64,000 nucleotides of DNA from positions 262,647 through 326,646 of the forward strand of contig NZ_JADNRN010000002.1 of NCBI RefSeq assembly GCF_015595035.1, in the 5' to 3' direction. The translations under genes were made by a program, and so were the position numbers. The notes under the pieces are model-generated. The model ran no database searches and was not told the origin of the DNA. It was given only the letters and a program-made list of their open reading frames with translations. Of this stretch, positions 57,352-64,000 are shown one piece after another. The stretch's first letter is position 1; every line of letters begins with the position of its first letter. The stretch is from Glaciecola sp. MH2013 (GTDB lineage Bacteria > Pseudomonadota > Gammaproteobacteria > Enterobacterales > Alteromonadaceae).

Positions 57352-57786
57352 ATGCACATTGTTTGTGAACACTGCGGTGCTACCAACCGAGTTCCCGAAG
57401 ATAAATCATACACCGATGCCAAATGCGGAAAGTGCGGTGAAGTTGTATACGCTGGCTCACCCGTAAGTTTGGATGATAGTAGCTTTTATCCTTACATTGA
57501 AAAGAACCATGCCCCAGTTATTGTTGATTTTTGGGCTAGCTGGTGTGGTCCTTGTAAAGCCATGGCGCCGGTTTTCGAGAAAGTCGCGACCGAATCAAAC
57601 AGTATTTTGTTTGCAAAAGTGAACACTGAAGATGCTCATGCAGTGTCAGCAGATGCAGGTATCCGTTCGATACCAACCTTGATCTTCTTTCATAAAGGAA
57701 AGGAAATTGATCGCATTTCTGGAGGCTTGGGCGAAATGCAGCTAAAGCAATGGATAATGCAAGCGGTAAACAAATTAACATCCTAG
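57352..57786 (+). CDS. trxC: thioredoxin 2
   Basis: N-terminal zinc finger CEHCGATNRV...CGKCGE plus WCGPCK active site. Confidence 0.9.
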   Translation: MHIVCEHCGATNRVPEDKSYTDAKCGKCGEVVYAGSPVSLDDSSFYPYIEKNHAPVIVDFWASWCGPCKAMAPVFEKVATESNSILFAKVNTEDAHAVSADAGIRSIPTLIFFHKGKEIDRISGGLGEMQLKQWIMQAVNKLTS

Positions 57787-57846
57787 ACTGACAAAGATAA
57801 GTACGTTATAACTGGTTGAATAATTTCACAATAATGAGCGTTAGCA

Positions 57847-59628
57847 TTGGATAATCTAATTATACCTTTAGTCGTTGTTGGCTTGATTTCGATAGCTTGT
57901 CAGTTTTTAGCTTTCAAAATAAAGGTACCAGCGATTCTGCCGCTGCTGGTTGCTGGTATAGTTGCAGGGCCGGTCACTGGGCTTATTGATGCAGACGCTT
58001 TGTTTGGCGATCTCCTCTTTCCAATTGTATCTCTTTCAGTAGCGATCATACTCTTTGAAGGCGCACTTACCCTAAAAACGGGTGACATTAGTGGGCATGG
58101 CTCAATGGTACGAAATCTATGTACTATTGGCACCGTAGTTACCATGCTAGTAGTTGCACCTGCAGCCCATTTTGCCCTTGATTTGTCATGGGAAATGTCT
58201 TTTCTGTTAGGCGCTATCGTTACTGTGACTGGTCCTACGGTTATCGTACCGATGTTACGGACGGTAAGGCCAAGCACTAAAATAGGGAACATATTGCGTT
58301 GGGAAGGGATTGTCATCGACCCAATCGGCGCACTGCTGGCGGTGCTCGTTTTCGAATATATTGTGGCAACGCAAAATGCGGTTTCGCACACACTCTTTGC
58401 TTTTGGTATCACCGTATCTATTGGCTTTGGTATTGGCATTGCCGCAGGCTATTTTATGGGCCTAGCGCTAAGAAAACATTGGATCCCGCATTATCTTCGC
58501 AACACGGCTGTATTAACAATTATGCTTGGAGCCTTCGCTATCTCGAACGTGATGGCACATGAATCTGGTTTATTAACCGTTACCATTATGGGTATGTTGC
58601 TAGCTAACATGAAAGATGTGGAAGTGGACGACATACTTGAATTTAAAGAGACTTTAAGCGTGTTACTCATTTCGGGTCTATTTATTTTATTGGCCTCGCG
58701 CATTGAATTAAGTGCCATTTTGAATGTGGGCTGGGGCGCAATTATTGTGCTTTTGGCGGTCATGTTCATAGCGCGTCCCGTGGGTGTGTTTTTGTCATCA
58801 TTTGGCACTGGCTTGACTGTAAAAGAGCTCAGTTTACTCGCGTGGATTGCGCCGCGCGGTATTGTTGCAGCAGCAGTGTCGGCCTTATTTTCTTTGAAGT
58901 TGGAAGCCTTAGACTATGCGCAAGTAGACGTGTTAGTACCTATGGTGTTTTTAATAATCATTGCCACTGTTGTGGTACAGAGTCTAACAAGCGCAAAGGT
59001 AGCTCAATGGCTAGGTATGCGTGCCCCTGCACCAAATGGTTACTTAATTTTTGGAGGGGCGCAGTTTAGTCGCATGTTTGCGAAAGAACTGATGAATCAT
59101 AATATTCCGGTATGTCTGGCCGACACTAACTGGGAAACTATAAAATTAGCTCGAATGGACGGCGTGCCCACTTATTTTGGCAATCCAATGTCGGAACATG
59201 CCTCACGAAACCTAGATTTAACCGCTTTTGGCTCGGTACTGGTGATGTCTCCTTATCGCCAACTCAACCCGCTGGTGACGTATCATTTCGAGCACGAAAT
59301 GGGCAAGGGCTCTGTGTTGGGCTTGAGTAATAACGAAGCGCAACAAAGGCCAAGTCATCAAGTGTCTGAATCGTATAATAAAAAATTAGGTTTGTTCGCA
59401 AACGATGTTACCTATGGTCGTTTGGCTGGGCAAACCTCTAAAGGGGCGGTTATCAAAACTACGGGTATCACCGACACCTTCAGTTATGATGCTTATAAAG
59501 AAGAATATAAGGATCGTTGTCTACCACTGTGCGCTATTGATGCTGACGGAAAGTTACAAATATTCACTACGTCAAATAACCTGCTACCAAAAGCGGGCTG
59601 GCAAGTCATCAGTCTTATTAGTAATTGA
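57847..59628 (+). CDS. Na+/H+ antiporter, CPA1 (NhaP-type) family, with C-terminal soluble domain
   Basis: 593 aa; 12-13 TM helices; CPA1 core. Confidence 0.85.
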   Translation: MDNLIIPLVVVGLISIACQFLAFKIKVPAILPLLVAGIVAGPVTGLIDADALFGDLLFPIVSLSVAIILFEGALTLKTGDISGHGSMVRNLCTIGTVVTMLVVAPAAHFALDLSWEMSFLLGAIVTVTGPTVIVPMLRTVRPSTKIGNILRWEGIVIDPIGALLAVLVFEYIVATQNAVSHTLFAFGITVSIGFGIGIAAGYFMGLALRKHWIPHYLRNTAVLTIMLGAFAISNVMAHESGLLTVTIMGMLLANMKDVEVDDILEFKETLSVLLISGLFILLASRIELSAILNVGWGAIIVLLAVMFIARPVGVFLSSFGTGLTVKELSLLAWIAPRGIVAAAVSALFSLKLEALDYAQVDVLVPMVFLIIIATVVVQSLTSAKVAQWLGMRAPAPNGYLIFGGAQFSRMFAKELMNHNIPVCLADTNWETIKLARMDGVPTYFGNPMSEHASRNLDLTAFGSVLVMSPYRQLNPLVTYHFEHEMGKGSVLGLSNNEAQQRPSHQVSESYNKKLGLFANDVTYGRLAGQTSKGAVIKTTGITDTFSYDAYKEEYKDRCLPLCAIDADGKLQIFTTSNNLLPKAGWQVISLISN

Positions 59629-59684
59629 ACATTTGAAAATGCAACTTGTGATTGTGAGCACAAGCTGCATTGGCTTACAGATCG

Positions 59685-60221
59685 TTAAATGGCTTCATCA
59701 TCGACTTTACTTCTTAGCGCAAGCACTGCGCTTCGAGCAAACTCAAATAATGCGTAAATCGTTATGCAAGCTACCATTAGTATGAATGCACCTTCAAAAA
59801 CAGTATTTGGCCAGTCATCAGCCGCTATCGAGTACAATAGGATGGCGAAATACAGAGCCCACGTAATTGAGGTAGTGCTTTTGGCCATTTTTATCTCTTT
59901 TGTCCACTTTCTTTCGATCTCATTAAAATGGGTACCCTCTCCTGAACCAGACTGATCATAGGCCCAACTTTTAGCCTCTACTACCGACTCGCCTGCAAGC
60001 AGAGAGATTCGCATTTCTCCTTGCATCATCGAGAGAACTTCGACTCTTACGGTGATCTGCTCCAACGACGGATCAAGCTCAATGATATGATCGTTTTTAA
60101 ATTTCCAATTGAAGGACTCAGAAACAAGCTTGTTGTTTATGAATACTTTTTCCGATCCGACATATCCAAGTTCCACTTTTATATCATAGCCCTTATAGCT
60201 AAAACTGAGCGCTGTCATCAT
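59685..60221 (-). CDS. membrane protein (DUF2975-like), downstream of the small HTH regulator
   Basis: 178 aa with 2-3 TM helices; 3-nt gap to the HTH gene (YozG-type pairing). Confidence 0.5.
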   Translation of the reverse strand: MMTALSFSYKGYDIKVELGYVGSEKVFINNKLVSESFNWKFKNDHIIELDPSLEQITVRVEVLSMMQGEMRISLLAGESVVEAKSWAYDQSGSGEGTHFNEIERKWTKEIKMAKSTTSITWALYFAILLYSIAADDWPNTVFEGAFILMVACITIYALFEFARSAVLALRSKVDDEAI

Positions 60222-60224
60222 AGT

Positions 60225-60446
60225 TTAGTTTCCTTGTTCTTCATTGGTCTGGTACTCAAGAATGTCGCCAGGTTGACACTCAAGTACTTCACATATTAAT
60301 TCTAGTGTACTGAAACGTATCGCCTTGGCCCTGCCAGCTTTCAATACGCTTAGATTTTGAGGTGTAATTCCAATTTTCTCAGCCAATGTATTCAGTTTCA
60401 TTTTGCGCTGAGCAAGCACTACATCAAGATTCACGATAACTGGCAT
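60225..60446 (-). CDS. small XRE/Cro-type HTH transcriptional regulator (YozG-like)
   Basis: 73 aa; LNTLAEKIGITPQNLSVLKAGRAKAIRFSTLELICEVLECQPGDILEY. Confidence 0.8.
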   Translation of the reverse strand: MPVIVNLDVVLAQRKMKLNTLAEKIGITPQNLSVLKAGRAKAIRFSTLELICEVLECQPGDILEYQTNEEQGN

Positions 60447-60501
60447 AAGCCCCCCTTAGCCACATATCCAGTTCCAACTGTAAAAATGCAGCTGATAGTT
60501 T

Positions 60502-61011
60502 TCATATTATAAACTTGCTCTCATCTTCCATATCTCGCGCCACTTTGAATACCGCGGCTACCATGTGCAGAGCGTATCCAGCAGCAAAGCCAACAAGATT
60601 TACATGTTGAAGATAAGTGACAATATCAAGTTCAGCGTCTGGATCTCCCGAGCTTGCTACGAAGCTAACTGAAAAGTGAACTGCAGGCTCGATGACCAAA
60701 GAAAACAGCATAATTAACCGAGCTAAGGTGGTCACTAAGAACAGATTTTCTTTGGTAAACAAATGCATCTGCATGTAGCTTTGGATAATTTTTTTGATAA
60801 ATAGGAAAAACACAATACCTGCGGAGGCGTGAAGAACTATATTGAGAAATACAGGGCTTTCGACGAGTTTATGGGCTTTATTATCAATAATTATCGCTAT
60901 AAGAGCCACCCAGCCTACAAAGGCTAAAAACCCGAGATAAAAAAGGTATTTGTTCACCACTTTACTGTGTTGTTGTCCATACTTTTGAAATGCAATCATT
61001 GTATTCTCCAT
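60502..61011 (-). CDS. membrane protein (hypothetical, 4 TM)
   Basis: 169 aa, hydrophobic. Confidence 0.5.
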   Translation of the reverse strand: MENTMIAFQKYGQQHSKVVNKYLFYLGFLAFVGWVALIAIIIDNKAHKLVESPVFLNIVLHASAGIVFFLFIKKIIQSYMQMHLFTKENLFLVTTLARLIMLFSLVIEPAVHFSVSFVASSGDPDAELDIVTYLQHVNLVGFAAGYALHMVAAVFKVARDMEDESKFII

Positions 61012-61278
61012 CAGTTTGATGAGACTACTCTAATTATTTTAATTTTATATTGCAATAAAAAATTAATGATAAACGATAAATAATTATCTTTTTTTGGGGT
61101 TTTTGTGTTCTCGCGCGATAGTTGTAAGGAATTCAGCAAGTACAAACTATTACTCGAAATTCCATAGCTAATCCTCTATCATATCGCTACTCTCAAGTAC
61201 GCTTGGAGCATAAATATTTTGTTTGAGGCAAGGTGCCTTAATGTATTTTAAACAACTACCCCACAAGGACGTTTTACT

Positions 61279-61908
61279 ATGCGTAAATCTCTAATATCAT
61301 TTGCTGCTCTCGCTCTTTTTAGCGCAAACCTTATGGCGCAAGAAGATAGCGACTATACTCAATATTATAATCCTAATGGTTGGAGCTATAACATCGCTTT
61401 GTCTCATGTTGGATTGGATTCTGATACCGCAGGCTCTCAAGGCATCGAGGATACAGCTATAGCTATTGGCTTTGGTTTTAATTACCGTGAGTCAAGCTGG
61501 GTAACCAGCATTGATGCTGACTTTATCTTATACGATGACAACAATGAGTTTTCTGAAGTTGTGGTTGGCGATGGCCTTTTCAATAACGGTGACATTTCTA
61601 CAGAGTCGTCAGAAGCCTCTGCGCTGGCATTATCTGTCGCGACTGGTTATGAGTGGCGTTTTGGTCAAGACGACCGAGCTTCTGCTATTTTGCAAGGCGG
61701 TTTTAGTGGCGTTTTTGCATCAGAGCGTTCAATTGCTAATTGTTCAAATTGTGGCTCGCAAGATATCGACATTGATGGTGGTGCCTTCATCGGTGGCAAA
61801 CTCGCCTTCAATCAAGAGAGTTTTTCTGTTGGCTTAAATGTGCGCCAGTATGTTTCAGGTGACGGCCTATCAAGCATGGTTGGTATCGTGTTTGACACTC
61901 AATTCTAA
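61279..61908 (+). CDS. outer-membrane beta-barrel protein (OmpW/OmpA-like small barrel)
   Basis: Signal peptide MRKSLISFAALALFSANLMA; alternating amphipathic strands; C-terminal ...VFDTQF. Confidence 0.6.
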   Translation: MRKSLISFAALALFSANLMAQEDSDYTQYYNPNGWSYNIALSHVGLDSDTAGSQGIEDTAIAIGFGFNYRESSWVTSIDADFILYDDNNEFSEVVVGDGLFNNGDISTESSEASALALSVATGYEWRFGQDDRASAILQGGFSGVFASERSIANCSNCGSQDIDIDGGAFIGGKLAFNQESFSVGLNVRQYVSGDGLSSMVGIVFDTQF

Positions 61909-62049
61909 TTAGCGGTTGTTTTTACCTGTCGTGAAATAAAGAGGCGAATAGGCCGAAAGTCACATTTATACAAAAGTACATCTGGCACATTCGCGCGTAC
62001 TATGAGTTGAGTATTCTAATCCTGTCAACTAAACAACAGGAAACGACAA

Positions 62050-62496
62050 ATGAAAACACTTAACACACTAGTTCGCACTACTTTATTGGCTTCAACACTT
62101 ACTCTTGCTGCTTTTGCCTCACAGGCTAGCGAGTTGGAAGTGAACTTTATCAATATCGACCGTCCAGTAGGTCAACTATTAGTGGCGATATATGATTCCG
62201 AACAGGCCTACACTGAAAAAGCAACTCCGTTAAGGTGGGCAAAAGCTGAAGCTGTCGGCGATACCGTAACCATGTCTTTTGATGATCTTGAAGACGGTAC
62301 CTATGCACTCATGCTTATTCACGATATTAATAGCAACGGAAAAATGGACATCAACGCTATGGGCTTGCCACAAGATGGTTATGGTTTCAGCAATAACGTG
62401 GGTATGTATGGATTACCGCCATTTGAAGCCGCTTCTTTTGAGGTAAAAGAGTATGCGAGCATTGATGTTGTAGTAAGAAAGCCTGTTAATTTGTAA
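62050..62496 (+). CDS. DUF2141 family secreted protein
   Basis: Signal peptide; motifs DGTYALMLIHDINSNGKMDINAMGLPQDGYGFSNN typical of DUF2141. Confidence 0.7.
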   Translation: MKTLNTLVRTTLLASTLTLAAFASQASELEVNFINIDRPVGQLLVAIYDSEQAYTEKATPLRWAKAEAVGDTVTMSFDDLEDGTYALMLIHDINSNGKMDINAMGLPQDGYGFSNNVGMYGLPPFEAASFEVKEYASIDVVVRKPVNL

Positions 62497-62565
62497 ACTT
62501 TGCTTAAAGCTTCTACAGAACACTACCGATTATCTGGGTTCGAGTAATATCGAACCCAGGTTTCT

Positions 62566-63339
62566 TTGTTTGATGGTAAATACACGGTTATCATCACACT
62601 ACTTATGCTCGATAGGGTAACTCAAAACTCATGCAGGTTGTTAATGTGGTTAAATAAATCAAAAGTGAGCAAAGAAGCAATGAGCGCTTACAGAAAAGCG
62701 CTATCAACATCTGTTCCCCGACATGTGATTATTGATAATTTGTTTGCAACCGCCATGCTTGATCAGGTTGTAGAAGCTTTATCTGAGCCACACCACTGGC
62801 AAACTCAACAGCACACTTATTCAGCGTTATATGTTGATGACGAGCAATGGCAAGGAGCGATTGAGAGTGAGCGCTTTGTAAAACGGGATCGCTGGATAGC
62901 TAATAAAGCGAGTGCAAATAGTGGTGCAGATAAACTTGCAACTGAGTTTTTAGCGTTCTTGCGAAGTAACGAGTTTATGTCTTTTCTGTCAACGGTATTC
63001 AAAGTGCATATTAGCGACTTGAATCTTGCAGACCCTAAGCTTAATAGCAATTACTTTCGTTTGAAGCCCGGTGATTTCGTAAATGAGCATGCAGATGACT
63101 CACCCGGTAGAGAAATTTGTATGCTCTTGTATCTCAACAAAGCTTGGTGCAAGGGTGATGGTGGTGAACTGGTTTTTTCAGGAAAGGATAATGAATTAGT
63201 CAATATTCCTCCCGTGTATAATCGTTGCGTTTTGTTTGACCCGTCCTCAGAGGGTTCAGAACACTGGGTGAACGCAATGGCCTCATCTGGTAACGCTAGT
63301 TATCGATACAATGTGACTAGTTGGTACTGGACGGAGTAG
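62566..63339 (+). CDS. 2OG-Fe(II) oxygenase, prolyl 4-hydroxylase-like
   Basis: HADDSPGREICMLLYLNKAWCKGDGGELVF (H-x-D ... GGEL). Start probably at an internal Met (62644 or 62680). Confidence 0.6.
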   Translation: MFDGKYTVIITLLMLDRVTQNSCRLLMWLNKSKVSKEAMSAYRKALSTSVPRHVIIDNLFATAMLDQVVEALSEPHHWQTQQHTYSALYVDDEQWQGAIESERFVKRDRWIANKASANSGADKLATEFLAFLRSNEFMSFLSTVFKVHISDLNLADPKLNSNYFRLKPGDFVNEHADDSPGREICMLLYLNKAWCKGDGGELVFSGKDNELVNIPPVYNRCVLFDPSSEGSEHWVNAMASSGNASYRYNVTSWYWTE

Positions 63340-63793
63340 GGTATTTGGAGACATATTTTGAACTAGCCAGCCTCGGGTAAGATGAGTTAGTTATGATTTA
63401 GTCTGATACTAAAATCAGTAGCTAAACGTAAACATTGCTGTATCAATTAGTTGAGCGTCACTATCCAGACTTTCAAGCGCAGTTCTCTCATCAAGGAAAG
63501 TCGTTGCCACATCATCCAAAAAACTTTAACTTTGGCGCTTAACACATGGGGAGCATAAGGGGCTTGAACATTCCATATTCTGAGGAAAGACGCTTTATAT
63601 CTCTTTATAGAGATTTCATTACTAACAGTCAGCTTGCTCATTCACCTTAACGACAAAGATCTCGCAAATCTCACTGATACCAACAAATAGCAAACACAAA
63701 ACTACCCGCAAATGCAGCTGTCATGCACGCTAGTCTATAATGTTAATTTGCCATATACTCAGCAGCAAATTAGACAAGGAGGGTTCTTACACT

Positions 63794-63871
63794 ATGTTTA
63801 TGCTTTCAACACTCGCCTTTCTTTTATTTATCCTTAGCATTGGGGCACTACTCGGGATATTTGTTCTTTGA
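63794..63871 (+). CDS. small hydrophobic ORF (25 aa, single TM: MFMLSTLAFLLFILSIGALLGIFVL)
   Basis: Strong SD AAGGAGGG 10 nt upstream of the ATG; TATAAT box at about 63735. Below the cutoff of the supplied ORF track. Confidence 0.3.
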   Translation: MFMLSTLAFLLFILSIGALLGIFVL

Positions 63872-64000
63872 AATTCTACTAGAAAGCATTATGGCTGTAT
63901 TCGAGTTTATCGGTTCGATATTCAATTTTTAGTGCTGCTTGGCTAAAGCAATTTATAACAAGGCAAACCAGTTCGCAGGTATCGCTGCCGGACTCACTAG

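Noticed and set aside
1-64000. CRISPR arrays, insertion sequences, integrases, prophage genes
   Set aside because: No regularly spaced direct repeats, no transposase or integrase-like ORFs and no phage structural genes were seen. The only repeats are the lpdA-tail duplicate, the DUF1399 remnant and a 2 x 17-bp tandem.

Overview
This 64 kb window reads as chromosomal DNA from a marine gammaproteobacterium (Alteromonadales-like gene content, about 44% GC, no transposase, integrase or CRISPR array seen).

Housekeeping core, nt 1-12,937: cyaY, then the conserved gmk-rpoZ-spoT-ridA-trmH-recG stringent-response cluster, then rsmJ. Most of the rest is redox and stress genes: two peroxiredoxins, kefG-kefC, lpdA, a glutathione S-transferase, trxC, dsbD with a thioredoxin-like partner, a DJ-1/PfpI protein, mscS and a CPA1 Na+/H+ antiporter.

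The locus most worth follow-up is the RtcR-controlled RNA-repair module at 29.1-34.8 kb. rtcR is divergent from an operon ordered SPFH/band-7 protein, rtcB, rtcA. The operon's leader, downstream of a putative sigma-54 promoter, carries three tandem, abutting tRNA-like elements on the operon strand. They have conserved D and T arms, AU-rich acceptor stems, no encoded CCA and two degenerate anticodon loops. I read them as Y-RNA/YrlA-like tRNA mimics, not decoding tRNAs. No Rsr (Ro60) gene is present, which is unusual.

A second, independent RNA-repair pair, rtcB2-prfH, lies 12 kb away at 46,964-48,735.

Other accessory content:
- A bphO, hybrid histidine kinase, bphP phytochrome cluster (34.8-40.2 kb).
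- A 974-aa metzincin protease with cadherin-like repeats and a GlyGly-CTERM sorting tail.
- A DUF1399-like membrane protein with a Cys/Gly-rich tail, plus a decayed partial copy 760 bp upstream.
- A 60-bp imperfect duplication of the lpdA 3' end that brackets a signal-peptide-bearing secreted-protein gene.
- A small cluster of hydroxylase-like and crotonase genes.
- A 25-codon hydrophobic small ORF with a strong Shine-Dalgarno sequence.
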